Source: Asterias rubens
Taxonomy: Eukaryota
DNA length: 64,000 bases
Assembly: GCF_902459465.1 (NCBI RefSeq)
Contig: NC_047083.1
Location: 6,448,001-6,512,000, forward strand
Direction of reading: 5' to 3'
Positions 1 through 13,240 of this stretch are shown piece after piece. A program made the translations under genes and the position numbers. The notes beneath the pieces are model-generated. The model was given only the letters and a program-made list of their open reading frames with translations. It was not told where the DNA came from and searched no databases. The first letter of the stretch is position 1; each line of letters begins with the position of its first letter.

Positions 1-500
1 CGTCCTAACCTCTGACCCTATTACTCCCACTCTGACCTTATTAACCCCACCCTAACCTCTGACCTTGTTAACCCTACCTTAACCTCTGACCTTATTAACC
101 CCACTCTGACCTTATTAACCCCACCCTAACCTCTGACCTTATTAACGCACTGACCTAATTAATCCAACCCTAACCTCTGACCATATTAACCACATCCTAA
201 CCCCCGACCCTATTACCCCCACTCCGACCTTATTAACCCCACCCTAACCTCTGACCTTGTTAACCCTACCTTAACCTCTGACCTTATTAACCCCACTCTG
301 ACCTAATTAATCCCACCCTAACCTCTTACCTTATTAATCCCACCCTAACCTGTGACCTTATTGACTCCATCCAAACCTCTGACCTTATTAACCCCACCCT
401 AACCTCTGACCTTGTTAACCCCACCCTAACCTCTGACCTTGTTAACCCCACCCTAACCTCTGACCATATTAACCACACCCTCACCTCTGACCCAGCCCCT
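1..500. repeat. Minisatellite, ~27-bp unit (ccccaccctaacctctgaccttattaa) with ~20-bp variants; probably in a NAT10 intron
   Basis: Directly visible degenerate tandem units from base 1 to ~497; continues off the window edge. Confidence 0.9.
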
Positions 501-833
501 CCTTAATATAAACAAATATTTCATTTTGTTTTTAATTTTTTACAAGAGAGGCCCAAGCAAAAATAAACTATATCTAATAGGAAAATAGGCATCTAAAATC
601 ATCATGCTAATGCCATGCTTTTTGTACATGGTGCTCAAAGCCGCTAATGTCCTTGATTTTATGAGTCAGTGAGACTAGATTTTAGTGGACTCATTTTTTG
701 TGTGTTTTCAAAATGAGGGGGTTGAACTGTGTTGTATCCAGTTATTGTCACTGTATCCTTAATCCACAATACATATATGTACACAGTTTGAAAACACTCA
801 GAGGTAATTAAGTTGTGTTTGTTCTTATTTCAG

Positions 834-3800
834 ATTTTAGAAGACGTTTTGTATCACTTTGTTCGTACCAGTTCCACAGCTTCAAACCCTCCATGGCTTT
901 GAGTATACTTCACCACAAGGAATACAAGCCACAAACACAGCGTAAGAATAACAACTACAATATTTTGAAAAGAAATTCCTTTTTTTTTTCTTTTCGTTAA
1001 AAGGTTTTTATTAATAGCAATAACAGTGTGGGGAGCCGGTCTTCACTGTGTGGAATGGCCTTGATTGGTGGCTGGCCGTTGTTAACAGCCACCAAGCTGG
1101 TCTTTACCACACAGGCTCCCAAAACTGTTATTCCCTAAATAATGATTCGCCTGGTCTTTAAATTATTTGGCTGGTCTTGTGGCGTGTCATGGCCCAGAGG
1201 TTTAGAGCACCGGATTCAGACTCTGGTGTTTCTGATCAGAAGAGTGTGGGTTCAAGTCCCAATCAAGTCACTTGTGTCCTTTCGCAAGACACTTAGCCAT
1301 GATGCTTCATCCTTGGGATGGGACAGAAAGCTGTTGGTCCAGTGTGTTGTTTAACGCACGTAAAAGTACCCAGTACACTTAATAAGAAAAGGGGTTGGCT
1401 CCAGTGTTCCTGGTTTGATTGGCAGGATTGTAAACCATTACATTGTTCAATGTAAAAGGAGTAGGTTTCATAATAAAAAAGAAGTCCCTAATACATGCCT
1501 TGAGTGTCACTGAGTGTTGGATATGTGAGCTGTAAGAAGCAAACTATTTTTATTTTTAAAAGCTATTTTTCAGTATTTTATGTGGAAATAATTCTATGGA
1601 GGATTGTTAAAGGCAGTGTACACTATTGGTAATTACTCAAAATATTTATTAGCATAAAACCTTTCTTGAATATGAGTAATGGGGAGAGGTTGATGGTGTA
1701 GAACTGAAGTGCCATAGTTTTTGAGAAAGAAGTAATTTTCAACGAATTTGATTTTGAGACCTCGGATTTAGAACTTGAGGTCTCGAAATCAACCATCTAA
1801 ACGCACACAATTTCGTGCGACAAGGGTGTTTTTTCCTTTAATTATTATCTCGCAAGTTCAGTGACCGATTGAGCTCAAATTTTCACAGGTTTGTTATTTT
1901 ATGCATATGTTGAGATACATTGTACACCAACTACGAAGGCTAGTCTTTGACAATTACCAATAGTGTGCACTGCCTTTAATGACTTGAACATAACAAGTCA
2001 GCCTGTTTGGAAGTAATAATTCTTTGATGATTGTTAATCCTGTATTTTGTCTGTGACTTGTTGGCAGCGCTGCAAGTTAGTGAGTTAGAGTTATACTGTA
2101 CTAAGTATGATCTACAGCGTCTGGAGCTCTATTCACGTAACATGGCTGACTATCATCTCATTATGGATCTAGTACCTGCTGTTGCTAGGTTACATACATT
2201 GAATCGCTTACAGTCACATCTATCTGCTGTGCAGTTAGTAAGTTCAACATTATTTCCTTCATATGTACCTCTAGGGTTACTCAGTCCAATGTCAGTCTAT
2301 TGTCCTAATTATTGGACTGCAAAGAGACGCAGTTTCAACCTTTCACCAAGTTATTTCTTGTGATGTTATTTTGACTTTAAAAAAATGTACAATGATTTGT
2401 AAACAACTTCTGGCATAAAACTGTATGTAGCCATTGTTAGGGCAATTCTGTTCACAGTTACCAACATTTCCACAAGTGAACAAGCTGTAAACTTGTCAAT
2501 ACCACTGCTTTTAGCATAACCACATTATTTTGAAGTGAAGTGTCTCTCAAAAAGCTTTATGCTATCGAAAGCTGCTGTAGGCTGCTGTTTACTGGCATTA
2601 TTTGAATAGTGATAGCCAAACTTATACCTTCTCTTTAAAGGCAGTAGATACTATTGGTAATTACTCAAAATAATTATTAGCATAAAACCTTACTTGGAAA
2701 CGAGTAATGGGGAGAGCTCGATAGTATAAAACATTGTGAGAAAGGGCTCTTTCTGAAAGTGACGTAGTTTTTGAGAAAGAAGTAATTTTCATCGAATTTC
2801 ATATCAAGACCTCGGATTTAGAATTCGAAATCAAGCATCTGAAAGCACACAACTCCATGAGACAAGGGTGTCTTTTCTTTCAGTATTATCTTTGATGACG
2901 GACTGAGCTCAAATTTTCACAGGTTTGTTATTTTATTCATATGTTGAGATACACCAAGTGAGGAAGATTGGTCTTTGACAATTACCAATAATGTCCAGTG
3001 TCTTTTAACTGAACAATATAAGTACAATATTATAGTGACACAATTGTTTGTTTCCTTTTATTTTAAGGCGATCCTTGTTGGTCTAGGTCTGCAGCATAAA
3101 TCAGTAGATTCCCTGGTGAAGGATTTAGACTTACCGGCTACCCAGATTCTTGCTCTGTTTAATCGAATCATCCGGAAAGTGGTTCAAGAATTCACTGAGA
3201 TACAAGAGAGACAGGTGGAGAGCCAGATGGTTGTACCTGAGAAGGAGGTTATCATGGAACCAACCAGGCAAACAATGAAACAGGATCTGGTATGTTTCTC
3301 TTAAACACTATTGGTCAATACTCAAAATAATTGTTAGTAAAAAAGTTACTTGGTATAACAAACAATGGAGAGCTGTTGATAGTATACATAGAACATTGTG
3401 AGAAACGGCTCCCTCGGAAGTAACATAGTTTTTTAGAAAGAGGAAATTTCTCACTCAAATAATAAAAGACTTCCGCTGAAGCCTTTTATTATGCATCTGA
3501 AAGCACACAAAGTAACGCAACGAGGGTGTTTTTTTCTTTCGTTATTCTCTTGCAAATTAGATGACCAATTGAGCCCAAATTTGCACAGGTTTGTTATTTT
3601 ATGCATATGTTTGGATACACCAAGTGAGAATACTGGTCTTTGACAATACTAAACGTGTCCAGTGCCTCCAACCCTTTATTAATATTATTAATAAAAATGT
3701 GTGAATGGAAGTTGGTCAAACCTTGCAACTGTTTGCAGCCGCTATGGTACAAGCTGTTTGTACCACCATGGTCTCTGAAAATACTGGCTACCAACAAATT

Positions 3801-4858
3801 ATAAAATGATAAATGCTATCAGTTATCATACAATTTGTTTGATTTCAGGAAGAGGCAGCGAGTGAAATACAGAGCAAGCAGAAGAAGGAATTAGAGCGAC
3901 TGAAACTGATGGATTTAAGTCAATATTCAATCAAAGGACAAGAAGCTGAATGGAATCAGGCATTGAAATCCGGCAAGAAAAAGAGTATGGTTAGCATACA
4001 AAGGTAAGCTTGTTCATTTAGTGTGTGATTTTACCCTCAGACATGGTTGGTTAAAAGAACACAGTGCCTTGGATCAGACGAGTTGGTCTTTGAAAAGTAT
4101 TGTAACCGTTTGTTATATGATTAGAAATTTCTTTTAAAAGTAGAATATAATGATCCACACAAGTATCACTCAAAATTGCGTGGTTTTCCTTTTACCTCGT
4201 CGACAAACACGGCCGGCCATTTATGGGAGTAAAATTTTGACTCCCATAAATGGCCAACCGTGTTAAAACCACGCAATTTCGAGGCAAATGTGTGTGGATA
4301 ATTGTATTCTACTTTTAAAACATCTTTCTAACCATATGCATTTTATAACAAACGGTTACAAACGTTTTTCAAAGACCAAATCGACTGATCCAAGGCAACA
4401 TGTTCCTTTAAAACCAGTTTGACCCACGGGTTTAAATTTTGAAACACCAAATTTTTATTTTTAGAATATTGTTGTTAAAAAGAAACCCTGACTTTGTGAA
4501 GTAAAGACAACAAACATGTTGATATTTGGCATAGGGATTTACAGTTCTCTTGCGAGAAACTTTTCCTGGCGGTCTCTTTACGATTGACAATGTCTTGACC
4601 ATCCCCTTTTGCAGTTATGATCAGTAAAGGGAAAACTCCATTAAAGATTTTCATCTCACCGCAAAGACTCAGAAACTATATGTCATTTTCACCACTGTGT
4701 AACTTTTTATTTGACTTGAATGTCATTCTTTTTTTTTCAGTGCGGAAAAAGACGTCTCCATGAAGAGGAAGCCCAAGATGGAATTACAAGAAACAGATTC
4801 ACCAAAAGGGAACAAGAAAAAGAAGAAAATGAAACTTGCAAAGTCTGCCAAAGAATAA
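834..4858 (+). CDS. NAT10: RNA cytidine acetyltransferase NAT10, 3' part (last 5 coding exons; upstream exons lie before the window)
   Basis: Exons 834-941, 2068-2237, 3068-3289, 3849-4003, 4741-4858, all with AG/GT boundaries and consistent phases (1,0,0,2). Peptides DFRRRFVSLCSYQF, YDLQRLELYSRNMADYHLIMDLVPAVAR, AILVGLGLQHKSVD..LALFNRIIRKVV, EEAASEIQSKQKKE..MDLSQYSIKG..EW and a Lys-rich tail match the NAT10/Kre33 C-terminus. Stop TAA at 4856-4858. Confidence 0.95.
1176..1430 (+). mobile_element. tRNA-derived SINE, family A (partial copy)
   Basis: A-box-like tggcccagaggtttag and B-box ggttcaagtccc, followed by a body shared with the copy at 22418-22850. Confidence 0.75.
1607..1979. mobile_element. 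Non-autonomous TTAA-flanked DNA transposon (MITE family 1, Kolobok-like)
   Basis: TIR aggcagtg.acactattggtaatt ... aattaccaatagtgt.cactgcct, flanked by TTAA at 1607-1610 and 1976-1979. AG...CT termini plus TTAA target fit Kolobok (established superfamily feature). Confidence 0.85.
2635..3008. mobile_element. MITE family 1 copy (NAT10 intron)
   Basis: Same TIRs and interior as 1607-1979; TTAA at both ends. Confidence 0.85.
3301..3672. mobile_element. MITE family 1, diverged copy
   Basis: Interior similar to family 1 (cactattgg..atactcaaaataa..catctgaaagcacacaa..gtgtccagtgcct); ends degraded. Confidence 0.75.
4051..4411. mobile_element. TTAA-flanked MITE family 2
   Basis: Inverted termini ttaaaagaaca..gccttggatcag.cga.ttggtc / gacca.atcgactgatccaaggc..tgttcctttaa. 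Confidence 0.7.
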
Positions 4859-4902
4859 TTTGAGTACATGTATGATCAAGATTGCGTTCTAATTATAAAA
4901 GC

Positions 4903-5296
4903 TTAAAGGCAGTGGACACTATAGGTGAAACTCAAAATAATTTTTAGCATAAAACCTTACTTGGTAATGAGTAATGGGGAGAGGTTGATAGTAGAAAACA
5001 TTGTGAACGACGGCTCCCTTTGAAGTGACGTAGTTTTCGAGAAAGAAGTAATTCTCCACAAATTTGATTTTGAGACCTCAGTATTAGATTTTGAGGTCCT
5101 GAAATCAAGCATTTGAAGCACACATCTTTTTCGTGTGATTAGGGTGTTTTTTTTTCCATTATTATCTCTCAACTTGGATGATTAATTGGTCTCAAATTTT
5201 CACAGGTTTGTTATTTTATGCATATGTTGAGATACAGCAAGTGAGAAGACTGTTTTTTTAACAATTACATGTACCAATAGTGTCCAGTGTCTTTAA
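4903..5296. mobile_element. MITE family 1 copy in NAT10 3' UTR region
   Basis: Family 1 TIRs, TTAA at 4903-4906 and 5293-5296; starts ~45 bp after the NAT10 stop. Confidence 0.85.
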
Positions 5297-6239
5297 CAAA
5301 AGAAATTTACCGTGACACTAGAAGGTGACTACTGCAAACGAAATTTTGTTATTGGTTTTTTTTATCATGCAAATATTCAAGTCTTATTTAGAAAAGCTTG
5401 TTTATGAAAAGAGAATGTGGTGTTAGGCCATGTCACATAAAGGCAAATTACAAGCATCTGGTTCCAGAATATCCCTCAAAGCAAAAAGCCAATTGTTTTA
5501 GCTTGCATAAATTTCTTGCGAGGAAAATGGCTCACATGACTGACAAATCTTTTGCAACTAGTAAATGTAAAATGTATTGAGGTTGTTATGGTGGAATGCG
5601 CTATATAAGAACTACTTGTGGTTATTATTAGTATTATTTTATTTGCTTCAAATTGCATGTAAAAATTACCTCGTGTGATATGGCTCTAGTCTTTAAGTTA
5701 ACTTACATCTATAAACAGCCCTTTTTATTTGTTTCATGGAAATAATCATAACTCATAAATTATGATTTATCATAATCTTGTTTCCCGACTCACTGGTGTA
5801 GATTCAGTTTGACTCCCGTAATGCCCTAGTCCTGAGGTTACTGGCGCAAGAAACTCCCTCAATTTTTATGTCATTTTTTCCTGACGCTATTCAGACCTTG
5901 TTGGCTCATCATAGAATGTTTGGAGAGGAACTTCTTAGCAGAAAATGATGCTTGATAATTTACTTGAACAGTATTGACAGAGAACCAGTTAAAGGAATGT
6001 TGGACAAACATAATTTTGGCTGGTTACCTTGTTTGTCTTAGCCATAGATATAAAACCCAGGGACGCCAAGCTTTATTGTACTTTATGCTCAGCTGTGTGC
6101 ACATGCCAAGTTATTATATCACGTGATTTTTGGCAAATGGTAGATGAGCAATGCCTTTTATATTGGTTGATACAAGTGACATACATGTAGTATCTACTGT
6201 ATAAGTAGGATTTGAAACTTTGCATTGTGGAAATACGAT

Positions 6240-6455
6240 ATAGAAAGGTTTGCGGTAACACCATGTGATGACTAGATCTAATGAGTTGGGGAGATTCTGA
6301 AAAGAACCGTTGGTTTAAACTCGGCGTTTCGATCAGCGCAGAAGACGATCAGAGCATACTGATCGAAACGTCGAGTTGAAACCAACGGTTCTTTTCAGAA
6401 CCTCCCCAACTAATTAGATCTAGTCATTACATGGTGTTACCGCAAACCTTTCTAT
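6240..6455. mobile_element. Fold-back MITE (~95-bp inverted arms, ~22-nt loop)
   Basis: tatagaaaggtttgcggtaacaccatgt...cgtttcgatcag is mirrored by ctgatcgaaacg...acatggtgttaccgcaaacctttctata with few mismatches. Confidence 0.8.
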
Positions 6456-6719
6456 ACTGTATAATAGTATGTTTCCAAACATGGCCAAATATAATGGCTG
6501 TGTGCAGGCATTTGGCCGATAATTGATATTCACAAGTGCTTTTTTAAAGATGTACCGCATGTATCTTAGGAAATCGAGTACAGTTTAACAATATATTAAG
6601 CACTTACATGTACACCACCATTCTAGACGCTCCTTTATGCTCACCTGTTCCAGCAGGCTTACTAACTATTCACTTGCCATGTCTGTGCCTCGGAGAAAAT
6701 TTGATTTTGGCGCTTCGTA

Positions 6720-6750
<31 letters not shown>
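6720..6750. repeat. (GATT)n microsatellite
   Basis: About 8 perfect tetranucleotide units. Confidence 0.95.
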
Positions 6751-6751
<1 letters not shown>

Positions 6752-6956
6752 AATGATTTATTGAAGCCGCCAAGATGGACACCATGCTTTAGTTTACATG
6801 TAACTATGGCCCTTTTCGAAACCATGGCTCCAGATTGGTTCAGGCTAGATTGGCCCCGCGACCGTTTTGACATTTTGAGCATGCTTTGTGTATCTGTGCT
6901 CAGGGCTTCAGACGGCCTGAAGCGGAATCCAAAGCCGAGGTATCGAAAAGGGACTA

Positions 6957-7672
6957 ATGCCTAGGTGTATAGTTGTATGCTTCAAATCAGTGCGCCATGA
7001 TGGTTGCTGGTGTTACTTGGACTCATGTCTAGGTGTATAGTTGTATGCTTCAAATCAGTGCGCCATGAGGGTTGCTGGTGTTGCTTGGACTCATGTCTAG
7101 GTGTATAGTTGTATGCTTCAAATCAGTGCGCCATGAGGGTTGCTGGTGTTGCTTGGACTCATGTCTAGGTGTATGCTTCAAATCAGTGCGCCATGAGGGT
7201 TGCTGGTGTTGCTTGGACTCATGTCTAGGTGTATAGTTGTATGCTTCAAATCAGTGCGCCATGATGGTTGCTGGTGTTACTTGGACTCATGTCTAGGTGT
7301 ATAGTTGTATGCTTCAAATCAGTGCGCCATGAGGGTTGCTGGTGTTGCTTGGACTCATGTCTAGGTGTATAGTTGTATGCTTCAAATCAGTGCGCCATGA
7401 GGGTTGCTGGTGTTGCTTGGACTCATGTCTAGGTGTATGCTTCAAATCAGTGCGCCATGAGGGTTGCTGGTGTTACTTGGACTCATGCCTAGGTGTATAG
7501 TTATATGCTTCAAATCAGTGCGCCATGATGGTTGCTGATGTTACTTGGACTCATGTCTAGGTGTATGCTTCAAATTAGTGCACCATGAGGGTTGCTGGTG
7601 TTACTTGGACTCATGCCTAGGTGTATGCTTCAAATTAGTGCGCCATGATGGTTGCTGGTGTTACTTGGACTC
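6957..7672. repeat. Minisatellite, 68-bp and 60-bp units (~10.5 copies)
   Basis: actcatg anchors at 7021, 7089, 7157, 7217, 7285, 7353, 7421, 7481, 7549, 7609 (actcaag at 7669); short units lack 8 bp. Confidence 0.95.
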
Positions 7673-8324
7673 AAGATTTCACCCAGAACCCTTGGGTGCC
7701 AATCATGCCCATCAGGATACGCATAAGGGCAAATTTTGGCAGAGGGCAACATCTTCGCAATCAATGGTTTTAAAGTAGCAATGGTTTTCATTTTCATTTT
7801 GCAAAGGGCACTTCCATTTCAAATTTGTTCAGTCTATGGGAAACTTTTAGCGTAGAGGGGCACCAAGGCCAGGGGCATAATTCCAGTACTGGTATCTACA
7901 TGGGCCAGTTAAAACATTCTGATGAATACAAGCAAGAAGCTGAACATTTGAAGTTTAAAGGAACATTACAGAATTGGTTTTGCTATCAATTTTTATTTCT
8001 TCCCAATTCTGTAACGTTCCTTCAAGTTTATTTGATGCCATTCAATTGTTGTCCTTCACATCAACTACCCTCCAGGGAATAACTTAAATAATCCATGGAT
8101 TTATGGACTCAATTCCAATCTTAATAAAGAAACTGAGGATACACAATTCGTTCTTGTAGTTGTTTATTTATTCTTTAAATCATTATAAACAATCCAAGTT
8201 AATGGAATACACTTTTACATGGAAAACCCCCACGATATTTTACATTACTTTTTTAGGGGAAAAAACTTGTTAATTAAATAACTGTACAAATATTAAACAT
8301 GTTTTGGTTTAAACAATAAAAAAA

Positions 8325-8400
8325 TTACTGGAGTGGGACTTGAACAAACGGCCTCCAGATTAGAGTAGCTGCGCTCTACCAACAGAGCTATCTGGCCCTA
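8325..8400 (-). mobile_element. tRNA-like SINE head (degenerate)
   Basis: Reverse strand reads gggccagatagctctgttggtagagcgc...gttcaagtccc, i.e. A and B boxes, without a clean cloverleaf. Confidence 0.55.
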
Positions 8401-8857
8401 TGTTACATGTAGTATGTTGGCGGTCCCCATATTAGTCAATAGGGTGCTTTCGATTTCGGGACAGAAGCACACAGGACAGACACTCGCGCTGAGTGCTCCA
8501 ATCATGTCCTGTATGTTGTGGACCGCACAGTGACACAGAATTGACTCAAGTCCTAGTCTCGTGTGGGTCCTTTTATTTTCAGTCCCATCGCCTAAACATT
8601 GGACAACTTTTGCACTGTTGGCATCCCCTCTTCATTTTTGTTTCTGGTAGTTCTTTGTTTTCTGCTTAACTCTTTCAGTGGTAAGGCCATGAACATGTAT
8701 GATCTATTTTTATGTATTCCCAAAGCACCATTACAAGCTCGTAGCGTACAAACTTTTTTATGCACAAAAAATAGAATTAGTTACACTTGTTAGGCCCAAT
8801 ACATTATTACAGGAGGCCATTATTACCGTTACGCGTATGCAGTGATGTTTTTACTCA

Positions 8858-8934
8858 GCTTTTTCGTTCCATCCGAAAAGTACCATTGCACGCTGGCAGC
8901 GTGCAATGGTACTTTTCGGATGGAACGAAAAAGC
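8858..8934. repeat. Perfect palindrome, 38-bp arms with 1-nt loop
   Basis: gctttttcgttccatccgaaaagtaccattgcacgctg-g-cagcgtgcaatggtacttttcggatggaacgaaaaagc. Confidence 0.95.
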
Positions 8935-10229
8935 ACGGTGAGTGACTCAGCGTGCAATGGTACTTTTACTTGCTATCACGTGACAGACAACCCTCCAATC
9001 AAATGGCAAGAATCTGCTTGGGTGTGATATCAAATTAATTAATACATGTATACCAACAAAGCTGGAAGTGAAATAACTACATTGACTACATTGAGACAAA
9101 CCAGGTCAATATATCCACATAAATATACATGAACATGATTTTCAGAATCCTAGTAAATTTGCACATCTCTTGAAGTTTCATGGTCTTCTACAACAAAGTG
9201 CTTTTAAGACAAGATTGTGTATGGAAGGTGCCCCCCCCCTTCAAAGCCAGGCCTTATCGCGCTTCTGTAACACTAGTATTTTTGTTATTTAGTTTTGCTT
9301 GCATTACCCATCTTGGCATAGTGTGAACAACTACATTTGCGTTTGTGTGGTCGCCCAAAAGTTTCTAACCAGTAATAATACAGAAAATCAGTATCAGTAA
9401 TCGAGTCAAGTTGAATTCAGTTTGTTCGGTGGAGGGACATAATGCTAACAGCGCACTCAGGTCACATGACTGGGCGTTGGCTGCAAGAATGCAGCAGCGC
9501 GGTAATATTTGCCATTGTAGTTTTGAACACCCAGCAGGGTGGATACGTGTAGGTGCGCATTACAATTCTTCTTCTTATTATTATTTAGTTTATTGAACCA
9601 TAACCTAGTTTATTAGCTAAGGAGGCGCTAGAAGAACCAGTTCAGGCCGTTATAGGCCAAGGGTTACACGACTTTGGGCCTATGTGGACAGTGAAGCCTT
9701 CTTGAGACTTTAAGATAGACGGAATTGGAATCTTTCAACAGATCATACAGAAAGATAACTTCAAACTACAGAATATCATAGACCAGCATGGGAATCCGTC
9801 AAGGACCAGAGTGTATGTATTCACAACACAGCCGGTGAGTTCTACACAATTTATCTTAGAATCTTTCAAACTTACTGATGTACAAATTTTGGTGTGCTTA
9901 ATTTTCAACCCTATGTGACAAGTACATGTAGTCAACCCCTCGTATTGTCAATACTTTTATAATTTACTCAGCTCACACTTTTATTTGAGTTTCTTAAAAA
10001 AAAAAAGTTTTGAGTGGAGTTTATTAAGGAGAAAAAAATATATTGTTGAATATCTAATAACAGTATTAATAATAAAGTAAAAATAAAAACGTCGCCGGCT
10101 TTTAGTATGTTTGATTTCTTTGTCAGTCCACTATAAGCTTGCTACCTGTATAAAAGTCTAACAAGACAGCACAACCAATCAGTTGTATCAACTGTGTTTC
10201 CCGTTTCAAGATTCAAGATTCAAGACATC

Positions 10230-10376
10230 ATGGAGTATCCCTGCGTGTTCTGCACCTAGTCTGTGCGAAGAAACCAGAAGGCACTTTGCTGCGACTGCAG
10301 CAACAGATGGCAGCATCTGGCCTGTGAGATTGGGTTTTGTGCCGAGGACTACGAACGTTTCCTGGACGACTCTTAG
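10230..10376 (+). pseudogene. Degraded PHD-finger coding fragment (probably transposon-derived)
   Basis: Manual translation MEYPCVFCT*SVRRNQKALCCDCSNRWQHLACEIG: CxxC...CD.C..W.H..C spacing with an in-frame stop; absent from the ORF track. Confidence 0.6.
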
Positions 10377-11199
10377 GAGCTTCGATCGTGGCATCGAGCT
10401 GCTAGAAGAATTTGGAGATGGATGTGCGGTGACGACCCCTATATCAGTCTTCTTGGCTAGGAGTCAGAGCTAAGAAGTAAACTCAGAGCGAAAGATGAGA
10501 TAATAAAGCAACTCAGACGGCGGCCAGCTACAAATTGGAACTGTGCTGAGCTTGAGCAATTTTTTATATTATGTATAAGATTTTCCCCACATGACAGTAT
10601 TAGTGTCAACTACAAGATATCAGGTCAGTTTGTTTACCCCGAGGAGCTTGACAGTGACATCACCCTAGAAGATGATGATATGTGGGAGCCAGTTATATCT
10701 TGTTGAAAAGGGTCAGGAATTATTTTTGTTCTTGTAAATATAATGAGATTGAGAGGAGCAGTTTGGATAAAATGTTCACATATCAGTATGTTTTTTAAAA
10801 GTGTACTTTAAATTGTGTTCTTGTTAATGAGGAGTTGAGCTGCTTTGATGTCGCTGTACGTTCTTTTAGGATTCGATTAAGGACAATATGTGACTTTCTT
10901 GATTCCAATTATTGTGCTGTATTTTATCTTATTTATTATGTATGCTGTATTTATTTAACTCTAACTTCTCTGAAATTATAAAAAAGAAACATCTTCCCTG
11001 TTCAAATTGTGCTAATTCAGTCTTCCATTTATTTTTTTTTTTTACTTGTAGAAAAAGCTGTGATGGACTTGATGTTGTATCTCAAGGCGAGGAAGTCCAT
11101 GGTCAAGGCCACTCGGATGAGGAAGAAACTTCAGAGAGTGAGGACACACACTACGTAAAATTCTCACATTCAGGACTCCATCGTCTTACCATGGATCCA

Positions 11200-11350
11200 G
11201 CAGGATCGGAGACCACAGCCCTCTATGTCATCACAGAAACAAGGTTGCGCGATTTGGTACTGGAGGCACGATCATTATGTTCAAGATGCAGTCGGCCATT
11301 AGAAGTTGGTGTTGTTGCCTCAGGGTTATCTGCTCACATAACTTGGGTGA
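11200..11350 (+). pseudogene. Possible transposase N-terminal fragment with CxxC (Kolobok-like?)
   Basis: LYVITETRLRDLVLEARSLCSRCSRPLEVGVVASGLSAHITW resembles, from memory, the Y-V-x-E-x2-L-x2-L...CxxC region of Kolobok-type transposases; weak. Confidence 0.3.
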
Positions 11351-11496
11351 GTAATTTCTCGTAATGAGTACTTGAAAGACTACACAAAAAAGCGACAGAA
11401 AGACTCCAAAGCAATGAGGCTGATCAAAGTGAACTGGTTCAGATAAAAGCTGAACTGCAAAACCTAAGGACTGAGAATGAACTCCTTAAACAGAAA

Positions 11497-12360
11497 ATGA
11501 AGGACGCCGGTAAAAAATACAACTGGAAGGAAACTACTGTGCAAGAGCTGTACCGCTTCATTGCAGTTATCATTTTCATGGGCTTGGTGACGGTTTCCCA
11601 CATTCATGACATTGCAAGAATACTGGTCGGAAGAGGGATTTTTTGGGCAGCCTTTTGCCAAAACGCATCATGTCCCGGTACAGGTTTATGCCAATACTTT
11701 GGAACCTCCGTCTAAGCGATCCCGATGAAGATGAAGCCAACCAGCGACTAAAGACCATCAATAGCCCCAACTGTGACCGGCTTTTCAAAACTAAACCACT
11801 CTACAACGAACATTGTCTAGCATGCAAAGCTTTTTATGCCCCTAACATCAACATTTCCATTGATGAGCCTATAGTTGCTTCCAAAGCCCGCATCGGCATC
11901 AAACAGTATATAAAGGACAAACCCACAAAATGGGGATACAAACTCTTTGTCATTTGTGATTCCAAAACTGGTTACACGTGTGACTTTTTTATACATGCTG
12001 GCAAGAGTGAGCGTGTCACAGATAATGGGCTCACCCTAGCATGTGGGACAGTGCGGGAAAACTGCAGGGGCTTCCCAAAGACCAAGGAGAATGGTATCCC
12101 GAGAAATGCAACACGTGGTACCATTCAATGGATAAGGGACAGGGAGCTACTCTTTGTGAAGTGGAAGGACACGAGGGAGGTTACCATGCTGTCCATGATT
12201 CACTCTGCATGTGGCAATGACACTGTCCAAAGAAAGGCCAAAAATCAAGCCACTGGGTCATTTGAGAGAGTCAATGTTCCAATACATTGTAGCTCCAGGT
12301 GTAAAAGATTATAACCAACCGATGGGCGGTGTCAATTTATCGGACCAACTTGTCCAACTG
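11497..12360 (+). pseudogene. piggyBac-like (PGBD, DDE_Tnp_1_7) transposase pseudogene
   Basis: WKETTVQELYRFIAVIIFMGL, MSRYRF, DRLFKTKPL, ISIDE, QYIKDKPTKWGYKLFVICDSKTGY, CGTVR, WKDTREVTMLS, YNQPMGGVNLSDQ across frameshifted ORFs. The middle YxDNxF motif region is deleted. Confidence 0.9.
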
Positions 12361-12789
12361 TTTTCTAAATTTGGTAAATCACTTTTAAGTTCTAACAACT
12401 ATAGACATTTGCTCGCACCCAACAGAAACAATAATCTTAGAAATACTAACAAACTTTGCCCAATCAGGTGTAGAACGAACCGGTACAAAAACAGCCCAGT
12501 TCCTTCCCTAACCACCCTTCTCAACAGTCGAATTTTTAACTTCTTGTTTTTTGTGGAGCTGGAATCCAAGTTGTAGTTTTTTGTCAATAATTATTGTACA
12601 TAATCTTTTAAAACAATTTTGCTGTAAACACTTCCTATTTTAATGTTTTTATATTGTTTTTTCTTGTTGTGTATCTTTTAAACTCAATTCAGCCCTCGGG
12701 TTGCGATGTTTGAATTTTTAATAAACCAATAATAAAATATAAAAATAAAATAAAAATTATAACGTGTTGCACAAAACCAGAAAGTGGTA

Positions 12790-13240
12790 CAAAACTCATG
12801 GCATGTGCCAACGCAGCAGGCTTTTATCTACCACCAATGATGATTTTTCCAGGGGTTAGGTTTAACTAAAACCCAGTGGCAGGAGCACCTGAGGGCGCCT
12901 TCTTTGGAAGAAGTTCAAATGGTTGGATAGATTCAAAAGTGTGTTATGAATGGGTCGCAAATCAGTTCCTTCCAACAATAAAGTCAAGATTAATTCATCT
13001 CCCTGTTATTCTCTTCGTCGATGGACATAGCACTCACGTCAGCCTGCAGACGACTATGTTTTGCAGAGATTGACATCATCCTCTAGAGGGCGCTATTCAA
13101 AAAAAGACAAGAAAAAGAGCCTGTTGACCCAGCCAGCTCTTCCTCCAGTTCAGAATCTGATATAGGAATCAATGATGAATCAGATAAATCGGACATCATT
13201 CAGGGGGACTTTGTTGTGGTGAAGGTTACAAAATTAGGCC
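12790..13240 (+). pseudogene. pogo/Tigger-type DDE_1 transposase fragment
   Basis: MACANAAGFYLPPMMIFPG..., GAFFGRSSNGWIDSKVCYEW..FLP..PVILFVDGHSTH (DGHxSH motif). Confidence 0.85.

Noticed and set aside
1-500. Telomere or interstitial telomeric array (CCCTAA)
   Set aside because: CCCTAA occurs at most once per 27-bp unit and never as tandem hexamers; the array lies just upstream of internal NAT10 exons.
6957-7672. CRISPR-like arrays here and at 44885-45270 and 59430-61700
   Set aside because: Units are head-to-tail with no unique spacers, there are no cas genes, and the context is eukaryotic with spliced genes.
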